Assembly (NCBI GenBank): GCA_964654465.1
Contig: CAZZIO010000006.1
Location: 1 to 15,133 of the forward strand
Source: an uncultured Dictyoglomota bacterium
GTDB lineage: Bacteria; Dictyoglomota; Dictyoglomia; Dictyoglomales; Dictyoglomaceae
Direction: 5' to 3'
Length of the DNA stretch: 15,133 nucleotides
A model generated the notes under the pieces. The model ran no database searches, was not told where the DNA came from, and saw nothing but the letters and a program-made list of their open reading frames with translations. Shown here piece after piece: positions 6,928-14,769 of this stretch. The translations under genes were made by a program, and so were the position numbers. How positions within the stretch are numbered: position 1 is the stretch's first letter; every line of letters begins with the position of its first letter.

Positions 6928-8486
6928 ATAATTGTTATAGTCTCTCCTTTCTTTGGGTAGATTACTTTGCAAAAATCCTTAAATTGGTCAAAAAAGTCTA
7001 TATTTTTATCCCTTTCTGTGTGTATAGGTATTAAGTATTCTGGTTTCGCATAATCAACAAGCTTTATTATTCCATCACCATGAATATGTCCACTGGCATG
7101 AAAAGGAGATTCTTCTCTTTTTTCTACCAAGTTTCCCCTTATCTCTATGTGGAAGTAATTTAGCCAATTTTCTATCTTTTTTTGATCTATTTTCATCTCT
7201 TCATTAAAAGCTTCGCTGGAGGAGAATATATAAGTACCACCATGGGGTAATATATCAAGTAGAATATGAAAGTCATAGTAAGACATACAGAGGATAAAAT
7301 CATCAGGATTGTTTCTTATTTCTTTTGCGGAGATACCTTTTCCTTGAATATCATGTCTATCTAAAAGGTTCTCTTCCCACGTTTCATAGGAACCTTTTGG
7401 TTTTTTGTAAAAGGTTATGTATTCATCTTCCTTAGGGTCAGGATATCCAACCAAGGATAGAGCTTCCAAGAGATATATATCCTTTAGGGTTAATACAAGT
7501 CTTTTTCCTACCTCTTTTGCTATTTCCAGAAAACTCATTAATCGATCAATATTTCTTGCTCCAAAATCAGCAATTATATATCCTTTTGAGTTTTTAACAA
7601 TGTGATATATATTTTCTTTAACATCTTCTTCAGTATATAGGCGATCTACTTTTGGATGGGTACCTTCACATATTAGGACTTTTATTGGTATTTCCTTTAA
7701 TTTTTCAATAAATTTTTCTGAATGATCTTTGTTTCTTCCATGTAATCTCAGATCTCCCGTATATACAACCCAGCCTATTTTTGTATTTATGGCAAAACTT
7801 ACTGCTCCCGGTATAGAGTGGTCTACAGGAAAGTAAGTAATCTCAAAAGAACCTATCTTATAAGTTTCATAGTCTATTATGTTAATTGGTTTATTTTCTA
7901 TATCAATGTTTCTTTTATCCTTTCTTTCAAGCTTATTCCAAAATTCTTCTATCTTAGATATTGATCCATTACCAAAGGTGATATATGGTCTTTTTATAAA
8001 TTTGTTTCTTTCTGTTTTTAAGACTCCGTTTTCTTGGGTTTTTCTCCTTATTAAGCATAGATCAGATATTATTCTGCTCGTATCTTCTAAGCTTTTTATG
8101 ATAAGGGATGATATAAGGGATGTAATAATAGGTATATCCTCATGGAGATAGGAAAGGTATCCTACATGATCTAAGTGGGCGTGGGATACAAGAATAGCTA
8201 TAGGATTTATTTCCCGATACCATGGATGATTTTTAAAGTTTTCCCAAATTTCTGGGATTATTAAATCTTCTCTGTATACTCCTTTCAAAGGGGGTATAAG
8301 GTTTAGATGGAAAAGATCATAAATTCCTAAATAACTTCTTGGTCTTAAGAATTCATCAAAGTATTTATTCTCGTCATTGAAATTAATGCCGAAATCTAAA
8401 ATAAGGGCAGATTCATCCTCTTCTAAGAGTATTTTATTTCCCCCTATACAACTTACTCCATCAAAGAAAGTAAGTTTCAAGCTCAT
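6924..8486 (-). CDS. MBL-fold beta-CASP hydrolase, RNase J-related
   Basis: IGGNKILL, LDFG, SHAHLDH (HxHxDH), VDHS, YTGDLRLHG, CEGT, HASGH and IPIHTE motifs. Confidence 0.85.
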   Translation of the reverse strand: MSLKLTFFDGVSCIGGNKILLEEDESALILDFGINFNDENKYFDEFLRPRSYLGIYDLFHLNLIPPLKGVYREDLIIPEIWENFKNHPWYREINPIAILVSHAHLDHVGYLSYLHEDIPIITSLISSLIIKSLEDTSRIISDLCLIRRKTQENGVLKTERNKFIKRPYITFGNGSISKIEEFWNKLERKDKRNIDIENKPINIIDYETYKIGSFEITYFPVDHSIPGAVSFAINTKIGWVVYTGDLRLHGRNKDHSEKFIEKLKEIPIKVLICEGTHPKVDRLYTEEDVKENIYHIVKNSKGYIIADFGARNIDRLMSFLEIAKEVGKRLVLTLKDIYLLEALSLVGYPDPKEDEYITFYKKPKGSYETWEENLLDRHDIQGKGISAKEIRNNPDDFILCMSYYDFHILLDILPHGGTYIFSSSEAFNEEMKIDQKKIENWLNYFHIEIRGNLVEKREESPFHASGHIHGDGIIKLVDYAKPEYLIPIHTERDKNIDFFDQFKDFCKVIYPKKGETITII

Positions 8487-8489
8487 GTT

Positions 8490-8513
8490 TTATTTTATCA
8501 TATGATACAATAA
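8490..8513. promoter_or_regulatory. Palindromic bidirectional promoter (two back-to-back extended -10 elements)
   Basis: TTATTtTATCATATGATAcAATAA is a 24-bp inverted repeat with one mismatched pair. It gives TGaTAAAAT on the minus strand (8500-8492) and TGaTACAAT on the plus strand (8503-8511). Confidence 0.6.
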
Positions 8514-8544
8514 GGGAGAAAGAAAAATTGGGAGGGATTTTATC

Positions 8545-9045
8545 ATGCTTGAGACTATTAAAGTTATTAAATCAAGGGTAAGTGTGAGAAAATATTTAGA
8601 TAAGGAAGTACCAAAGGAAATTTTAGAGGATCTTGTGGATTGTGGCAGATTGGCACCTTCTGGATATAACAGACAGCCATGGGTTTTTTTAGTAGTAACA
8701 GATAAAGCTCTTAAAGAGAAATTGGCAGATGTGACGCCATGGGGTAGGTTTTTGAAAGAGGCAGGAGCTGGAATTTTGATCTTTTGTGAAAAAGATGCAG
8801 AGACAGCATTAGAGGATGCCTGTGCAGCTGCAGAAAATATTATTATTTCTGCACAAGCATATGGATTGGGTACTTGTTGGATAAATTCGTACAAAAAAGC
8901 TCATTCTGAGGATGTTAAGAGACTTGTTAATTGTCCTGATAATCTGGAACTTATGGTTATGCTTGCAGTAGGTTATCCTGCGGAGATACCCCAAAGGCCA
9001 AAGAAAAAGGAACTCCATGAGGTTTTAAAGTGGCAGACTTTTTAA
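8545..9045 (+). CDS. Nitroreductase family protein
   Basis: SRVSVRKY, APSGYNRQPW, AENIIISAQAYGLGTCW and AVGYP motifs, with a GGGAGG RBS. Confidence 0.92.
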   Translation: MLETIKVIKSRVSVRKYLDKEVPKEILEDLVDCGRLAPSGYNRQPWVFLVVTDKALKEKLADVTPWGRFLKEAGAGILIFCEKDAETALEDACAAAENIIISAQAYGLGTCWINSYKKAHSEDVKRLVNCPDNLELMVMLAVGYPAEIPQRPKKKELHEVLKWQTF

Positions 9046-9737
9046 ATCTTGATATATTGTTTGAAGATAATCATTTACTTGTTTTAAATAAACCTGCAGG
9101 TATCCTTGTACAAGGAGATATTACAGGAAAGAAGACTCTTTTACAAGCTGCAAAAGAATATATTAAGATTAAATATAAAAAACCTGGTAATGTCTTTTTA
9201 GCTATAGTGCATAGATTAGATAAGCCTGTGTCTGGAGTAATAGTTTTTGCCAGGAATAGCAAATCAGCGGGCAGGCTTTCAGAGGCTTTTAGAGAAAGAA
9301 AAGTAGAGAAAATATATTTAGCGTTAGTAAAGGGCATTTTTAGAGAAAAAAGTGGTATTTTAAAAGATTATATTCATTGGGAGGAACCTGAGAAAAAGGC
9401 AAAGATTGTATCAGATGGTTCCTTGGGTAAAGAGGCTCTAACATTTTATGAAGTAATAGATGAGGATAAAAATATGTCATTAGTAAAGCTTATACCTTAT
9501 ACAGGAAGAAAGCATCAACTAAGAGTACAGCTTTCAAAAATAGGTCATCCTATTTTGGGAGATGAAAAATATGGAGGGGGTAAAATCTTTAAAGACAAGA
9601 TATTTCTTCACTGTTATAAATTAACCCTCCTCCATCCTGTAAAGAAGGAGAATATGGATTTTAAAGCTAAGTTTCCAGACTTTTGGAAAGATTTTTGGAG
9701 ATATGATATTAATAAAGAGATTCCATATCCTCTGTAA
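9030..9737 (+). CDS. RluA-family RNA pseudouridine synthase (no S4 domain)
   Basis: NKPAG, HRLDKPVSG (catalytic Asp), TGRKHQLRVQL, GHPILGDEKYG and FLH motifs. GTG start overlaps the nitroreductase gene. Confidence 0.92.
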   Translation: MADFLNLDILFEDNHLLVLNKPAGILVQGDITGKKTLLQAAKEYIKIKYKKPGNVFLAIVHRLDKPVSGVIVFARNSKSAGRLSEAFRERKVEKIYLALVKGIFREKSGILKDYIHWEEPEKKAKIVSDGSLGKEALTFYEVIDEDKNMSLVKLIPYTGRKHQLRVQLSKIGHPILGDEKYGGGKIFKDKIFLHCYKLTLLHPVKKENMDFKAKFPDFWKDFWRYDINKEIPYPL

Positions 9738-10980
9738 TTCCATTATTTTTCGCTATTTTAGAGTATAATTCTGCACTTTTTCTCCAGATTCTCTCTTTTG
9801 TATCAAAGTTTGTCTCAAAAAGCCCAAATCTTTGTTTAAACCCTTCTGCCCACTCAAAATTATCCATAAGACTCCAATGAAAATATCCCCTTACATCTAC
9901 TCCTTCTTTTATTGCTTTATGTAATGCTATTAAATGGGATATTAAGTATTTTGGCCTTCTGTCATCTTGGGCATCTGAGATACCATTTTCGGTAATATAG
10001 ATGGGTTTTTTTGTAAGCTCCCAAAATCTTTTAACTACTTTATAGAAGCCTTCTGGATAGATTTCCCATCCAAAATCTGATCTTTCATTATTGGTAGCTG
10101 TATTTATGGAAGGGTTAAAAAAGGTCTTAATTCCCATTAAAATTCTTGTGTAATAATTTATTCCTAAGTAGTCCAATGTATCTTTTGCATATGGGATATT
10201 TTCTTTTAAGAGAGGGGAGGAGAATTTACCAGTAATAAGGGTTTCTATGAAAACCCGATTATATATTCTGTCTGCAAAACTTGCAATTTTCCTGTCTATA
10301 AAAGATTTGGAATTCAAAGGCTCAATAAGGAGTACATTATAAGCTATACTTACTTCTGCATCTTTTCTTATATCATGGATTAATTTATAGACTTTAGCAT
10401 GGGCTTTTACCATATTATTTAGTACTTTTAACATCTTTTTTAGGCTCTTTTCCTGGGGAGGAAATTCTCCATAAAGATATGCCATAAAGGCATAGGCATT
10501 GGGCTCATTTATGGTCATGTAATATTTCACAAGATCTTTAAATTCACCTACTACTTTTTCCACATATCTTAAATAATAATCAATAGTTTCTGGATTTAGC
10601 CAACCTCCTTTTTTAGCTATCCATAGGGGATTTGTAAAATGATGAAGTGTAACAAAGGGCTCTATATTTCTTTTTCTTAAAGAGATGATCATATCTTTGT
10701 ATCTGTTTAATGCTTCTTCATTGAATTTTCCTTCTTCAGGCTCTATTCTACTCCATTCAATGGAAAATCTATAGGCATTATTATTTAACTTTTGTATTAG
10801 GTCAAAATCTTCTCTATATCTGTTCCAGCTATCACAAGCAGATCCTGATATCTGTCCATCTTTGACTTTTCCTTGACTTTCAAACTCCCACCAATCGTTG
10901 TAAATATTACCCCCTTCTATTTGGTGAGATGAAGTGGCAGTACCCCAATAAAAATTCTTGGGAAACTCATATTTTACCAT
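9709..10980 (-). CDS. Glycoside hydrolase family 1 (beta-glucosidase/beta-glycosidase)
   Basis: FYWGTATSSHQIEG, YRFSIEWSRI, TINEP (acid/base), ITENG (nucleophile) and WSLMDNFEWAEG. ATG 10980 has a GGGGAGG RBS. Confidence 0.95.
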   Translation of the reverse strand: MVKYEFPKNFYWGTATSSHQIEGGNIYNDWWEFESQGKVKDGQISGSACDSWNRYREDFDLIQKLNNNAYRFSIEWSRIEPEEGKFNEEALNRYKDMIISLRKRNIEPFVTLHHFTNPLWIAKKGGWLNPETIDYYLRYVEKVVGEFKDLVKYYMTINEPNAYAFMAYLYGEFPPQEKSLKKMLKVLNNMVKAHAKVYKLIHDIRKDAEVSIAYNVLLIEPLNSKSFIDRKIASFADRIYNRVFIETLITGKFSSPLLKENIPYAKDTLDYLGINYYTRILMGIKTFFNPSINTATNNERSDFGWEIYPEGFYKVVKRFWELTKKPIYITENGISDAQDDRRPKYLISHLIALHKAIKEGVDVRGYFHWSLMDNFEWAEGFKQRFGLFETNFDTKERIWRKSAELYSKIAKNNGITEDMESLY

Positions 10981-11027
10981 CTTATACCTCCCCAAAAAGA
11001 AAGATATATATTAGTATATCAAATCCT

Positions 11028-11855
11028 TTATCTTATTCCAGCTCCTGACATAAGTCCCCTTACAATATATTCTTGTAGAAAAGTATAAATAACAACTACT
11101 GGGATAATAGTAACAAAAAGGGCTGCCATCATAGCCCCATAATTGGTTCCGTAAGCGCTGGATACCAGGGAGAGTAATACACAGATAGGTTGTTTCTCTC
11201 TTAAGGGAAGGAGAATAAGAGACATAAAGAGGTCATTGTAAGACCAAAGAAATACAAATATTCCGGCTGTGACAAGGGCAGGTATGGAGGTAGGTAATAT
11301 GATTTTTAGAAAGGTTTGAAGTACAGATGCTCCATCTATATATGCTGCCTCTTCCAATTCTACTGGTATAGATTTCATAAAGCTGGTAATAGTAAGGATG
11401 GAGAAGGGGAGAAAACAAGCGGTTTGAAGAAGTATTAGGGAAAGATAACTTCCAGAAAGACGAACTGTTTTGAAAACAATAAGGGCAGGAATTACTATGG
11501 AGAAGGCAGGTACTAATTGGGCTCCTACGAGGAAGGAATTTATTAAATTTGCTCTTTTAAAGTTAAGTCTGGCAATAGCATAAGATGCAAGACTTCCTAA
11601 AAATAGTACCAGTAAAGTTGTGCTAAAAGAAATAATTGCACTATTTTTAAATCCCTTTAAGAAATTTATATTTCCGTAGTTTGAAAGTTGAAGATAATTT
11701 TCTATATGAAAACTTGTTGGAAAAGATAATGGGTTTAGCAATATTTCACTTGTGGGTTTAAAGGAATTTATCATTACCCAATATATGGGGAATAATGTGG
11801 TTAGTCCCCATAAGATTAATAATGTATATTTCAAAAGAGAATATAATTTTCTCAT
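11028..11855 (-). CDS. Carbohydrate ABC transporter permease (MalG-like)
   Basis: About 6 TM segments, EAA loop ELEEAAYIDGAS, and an AGGAGG RBS. Confidence 0.93.
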   Translation of the reverse strand: MRKLYSLLKYTLLILWGLTTLFPIYWVMINSFKPTSEILLNPLSFPTSFHIENYLQLSNYGNINFLKGFKNSAIISFSTTLLVLFLGSLASYAIARLNFKRANLINSFLVGAQLVPAFSIVIPALIVFKTVRLSGSYLSLILLQTACFLPFSILTITSFMKSIPVELEEAAYIDGASVLQTFLKIILPTSIPALVTAGIFVFLWSYNDLFMSLILLPLREKQPICVLLSLVSSAYGTNYGAMMAALFVTIIPVVVIYTFLQEYIVRGLMSGAGIR

Positions 11856-11867
11856 TTTGATTCCTCC

Positions 11868-12746
11868 TTAAGCCTGATATATAATTCTTTCTCTTTTGGT
11901 TATTATCTGGGCTATAAGAGAGAGAATTATACCAAGGAATATAATAACAGTACCTATAGCACTTGCATATCCTTGATTTTGTCCTGTAAAGGCCACAGTA
12001 TAAAGGTAGGTACCTAAGACTTGACTTGCATCCATAGGGCCTCCTCCTGTTATCACATAGACCACATCAAAAACCTTAAATGTACCTATAATTACTAAAG
12101 AAATACATACAGCTAAGACATCCCATATAAGGGGAATAGAAATATAAAAGGCTTTTTTAAACTCACTGAATCCATCTATTTTTGCAGCATCATGAATACT
12201 TTGAGGAATTTGATATAGAGCAGATAAAATGATGACAAAATAGAAACCTACATATTGCCATATGACAGGTATAAGTACTGCCCATAAGGCAGTTTTGGGG
12301 GTAATCCATAAAACCTTTTCTTTACCTAAGAGGGAAAGTAAAGAATTAAGAAGCCCATAATCATAGCTATACATAAGATAGAATAAAAGACCTATTGCGC
12401 TTCCTGAAATTATTACTGGAAAAAGATAAATGGTTCTAAAAAATTTATATCCTCTTCTTAAAGTATCTACAATAAGGGCTAAGACAAGAGCTATTCCTAT
12501 TTGAAAGACAACAGCAAAAAGGAGCAGTATAAAAGTATTTTTTATGGCTTTAATAAAGGATATATCTCTGAAAAGATACTTATAATTTTCTATTCCTATA
12601 AAAGATTTGTATTTTGAAAAATCTCTCCAATTAAATAAACTGTAATAAAAAGTAGCAAAAAGGGCATAGTATATAAATATGCCTATGATGATTAAACTTG
12701 GTAAAAGAAACCATAATTTATATTTTTTTGTATATTTCTCCTGCAT
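11868..12746 (-). CDS. Carbohydrate ABC transporter permease (MalF-like)
   Basis: TM helices, GIENY, DAAKIDG loop, FDVVYVITGGGP, and an AAGGAGG RBS. Confidence 0.93.
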   Translation of the reverse strand: MQEKYTKKYKLWFLLPSLIIIGIFIYYALFATFYYSLFNWRDFSKYKSFIGIENYKYLFRDISFIKAIKNTFILLLFAVVFQIGIALVLALIVDTLRRGYKFFRTIYLFPVIISGSAIGLLFYLMYSYDYGLLNSLLSLLGKEKVLWITPKTALWAVLIPVIWQYVGFYFVIILSALYQIPQSIHDAAKIDGFSEFKKAFYISIPLIWDVLAVCISLVIIGTFKVFDVVYVITGGGPMDASQVLGTYLYTVAFTGQNQGYASAIGTVIIFLGIILSLIAQIITKRERIIYQA

Positions 12747-12761
12747 ATTATTACCTCCTTA

Positions 12762-12807
12762 AAAACAAAAATCAAAAGGGGGAGAGGGCTTTTTGTCCCC
12801 CTCCCCC
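12762..12807 (-). terminator. Intra-operonic intrinsic terminator or stabilising hairpin between SBP and permease genes
   Basis: Minus strand GGGGGAGGGGG-ACAAAAAG-CCCTCTCCCCC forms an 11-bp stem with one G-U pair, followed by TTTTGATTTTTGTTTTT. Confidence 0.75.
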
Positions 12808-12837
12808 CAAAAGATTTATATAAAGGGGGAGTAAGTA

Positions 12838-14103
12838 TTACTTTTGTGCTCTTTCATGAATTTCTTTTGCTTCTTTTAGTAGATCCTTTGCTGATCTTTC
12901 TCCTGTAACTACATAGGAAAGTCCTAATCTTATCTTTGTAAAGGCTTCTGGTACAATTTGAGCATCAATTGGCATACAGATAGCTCTTGCTTTTGCCATC
13001 ATATCAAATCCACTTTTTGCAGCAGGTGAAAGACCAGTAAGATTAACTTTTACTGCAGGAACTCCTGCTATGGATACAAATTTGGCTACAATCTCTGGAG
13101 ATGTCATGAATTTTACAAATTCAACAGGAAGACCTTTCTTTTCTGCATTTGCCTTTTTGCTAACATACCAACCAGATCCAAAACCACCGATTATGTCAGT
13201 GGGATGAGCTTTTCCACCAGGAACTACTGGAAGAGGCATAATAACAGTATTTTCTTTATCTTTTAAGCCTCCTACACACCATGATCCATTAACCATCATA
13301 CCAGCCTTCTTAGTATAGAAAAGTTCACGAGCTTGATCATCTTTTATAGTAAGTGCATCCTTAGGAAATGCTCCCAATTTATATACTTGTCTAATGTAGT
13401 TTAATCCTGTCTCCCAAGATGGATGGAATGGAGTATCGTGACCTTCTGGACCCCCAGCGGAAAGAACAAAAGTCTCAATTAAGTAATAGGATTCAAGAAT
13501 TGATCCAGCAATTGGGATAATATTCTTAGACTTCAAAATGCTAATAGCTTTAGTGAATTTACTCCACTCAGTAGGGAGAGCAAGATTATATTTCTCAAAA
13601 AGATCTTTATTGACAAAAAGTCCTTCGTAGAAACCAATTGTTGGTAATGCATAGATTTTTCCATTATATTCTTTGATATCTCCTTTGTATGTTGTGAATT
13701 TTAATGCAGCTTTATTGAAATTATCGCTCCATTTTTTATCCTTTTCTATTTCTTCATCCCAAGCATATACTTTCCCAGTCTTTAATAATGGTACAGCATC
13801 AGCTCCAGTAAAGAAGAACATAACATCGGGCTCGTTATCTGTAGCAAAATCTGTTTTTACCTTTGTTCTTATAGCATCATTAGCGGTAGGAACAGCTTCA
13901 TCTATAATCTCTACATTTGGATATTTCTGCTTAAAAAGAGCCATGGCTTCTTTCCAAGCAGGGGAGAAAGGATCCTCTCCTGTGAAGTATGTAACTACTC
14001 TTAATTTAACTGTACTTTGAGCAAAACTCATAAAGGTACTGAGTAATAGTAAAACCGCAATTACTAATAGAAGGGTCCTAAATTTGGGTTTTGAGAAAGA
14101 CAT
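12838..14103 (-). CDS. Sugar ABC transporter solute-binding protein (family 1)
   Basis: Sec/SPI-type signal peptide (basic N-region, h-region, SFA-Q, no lipobox Cys). Also F..KYPNVEI, GKIYALP, NKDLFEKYNL..P..W and MMVNGSW. It precedes two permeases. Confidence 0.92.
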   Translation of the reverse strand: MSFSKPKFRTLLLVIAVLLLLSTFMSFAQSTVKLRVVTYFTGEDPFSPAWKEAMALFKQKYPNVEIIDEAVPTANDAIRTKVKTDFATDNEPDVMFFFTGADAVPLLKTGKVYAWDEEIEKDKKWSDNFNKAALKFTTYKGDIKEYNGKIYALPTIGFYEGLFVNKDLFEKYNLALPTEWSKFTKAISILKSKNIIPIAGSILESYYLIETFVLSAGGPEGHDTPFHPSWETGLNYIRQVYKLGAFPKDALTIKDDQARELFYTKKAGMMVNGSWCVGGLKDKENTVIMPLPVVPGGKAHPTDIIGGFGSGWYVSKKANAEKKGLPVEFVKFMTSPEIVAKFVSIAGVPAVKVNLTGLSPAAKSGFDMMAKARAICMPIDAQIVPEAFTKIRLGLSYVVTGERSAKDLLKEAKEIHERAQK

Positions 14104-14125
14104 TTAAAACACCTCCCTATAAATT

Positions 14126-14142
14126 AGTCAACTAAGTTGACT
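14126..14142. promoter_or_regulatory. Operator O1 (perfect 17-bp palindrome)
   Basis: AGTCAACT-A-AGTTGACT, immediately downstream of the predicted transcription start. Confidence 0.75.
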
Positions 14143-14150
14143 TTTGGGGA

Positions 14151-14179
14151 ATTATATCATTAACTTTTTATTTAGTCAA
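14151..14179 (-). promoter_or_regulatory. Near-consensus sigma70 promoter of the sugar ABC/GH1 operon
   Basis: The minus strand reads TTGACT (14179-14174), a 17-nt spacer ending in TGa, then TATAAT (14156-14151). Confidence 0.8.
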
Positions 14180-14194
14180 TATAGTTGACTAAAT
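14170..14194. promoter_or_regulatory. Operator O2 (25-bp palindrome overlapping the -35)
   Basis: ATTTAGTCAA-TATAG-TTGACTAAAT has perfect 10-bp arms and the same core as O1. Confidence 0.75.
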
Positions 14195-14368
14195 TTTTTA
14201 AAATAATATCCCTTATCCCCAAGTTAATTAAGGAATAAGGATTTACCTATACAATAAAAGGCTTGATGATACTTTTGATAAAATGTTAATATTATCCTTA
14301 GAATATGAAAGAACAAAAATAAATATTTTAATAACGCAGAAAAAAATAAAATTTGGGGGAGGTGTACT

Positions 14369-14767
14369 GTGAATATTAAGCTTGACCACATATCCATTAT
14401 TGTAAAGGATGTAGATGAAAATATTAGATTTTATAGCGATATATTAGGTTTTAATGTAAAGTTGGATTTTTATGATGAAGGAGAAAAGGCAAGAATTATC
14501 TTCTTAAATATGGATAGTTCAATGTTGGAATTAATAGCACCAGATGACCCCCCAATTTATATGGAAAAGAAAAAATGGGAAGATAGGAAAAAGACAGGAG
14601 TAGAACATATTGCTTTTTTTGTGGATGATATAGATAAAACTTGTGAATATTTAAGATCAAAGGGCATTGAATTTGTTTTAGGACCTTTGGAATTTCCTGA
14701 TGGAAAATATGCATATTTTTATGGTCCTGAGGGAATTTTGTTAGAATTAATAAGCTGGAAGATGTAA
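14369..14767 (+). CDS. VOC/glyoxalase superfamily protein (methylmalonyl-CoA epimerase/glyoxalase I-like)
   Basis: LDHISIIV...FYSDILG, LELI, EHIAFFVDDI and GPEGILLEL give an H/E/H/E metal ligand set. GTG start with GGGGAGG RBS. Confidence 0.9.
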   Translation: MNIKLDHISIIVKDVDENIRFYSDILGFNVKLDFYDEGEKARIIFLNMDSSMLELIAPDDPPIYMEKKKWEDRKKTGVEHIAFFVDDIDKTCEYLRSKGIEFVLGPLEFPDGKYAYFYGPEGILLELISWKM

Positions 14768-14769
14768 AT

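Noticed and set aside
6924..8486. CBASS- or CRISPR-associated defence nuclease
   Set aside because: No CD-NTase, CARF/SAVED domain, cas gene or repeat array was seen, and the flanks are housekeeping-like.
11003..11020. GATATA-N6-TATATC dyad upstream of GH1
   Set aside because: Short and AT-rich, unrelated to the O1/O2 motif, and too weak to call.
14211..14240. Imperfect inverted repeat CCTTATccc...ggaATAAGG
   Set aside because: It has only a 6-bp perfect arm, a long AT loop and no U-tract, so it is plausible by chance.
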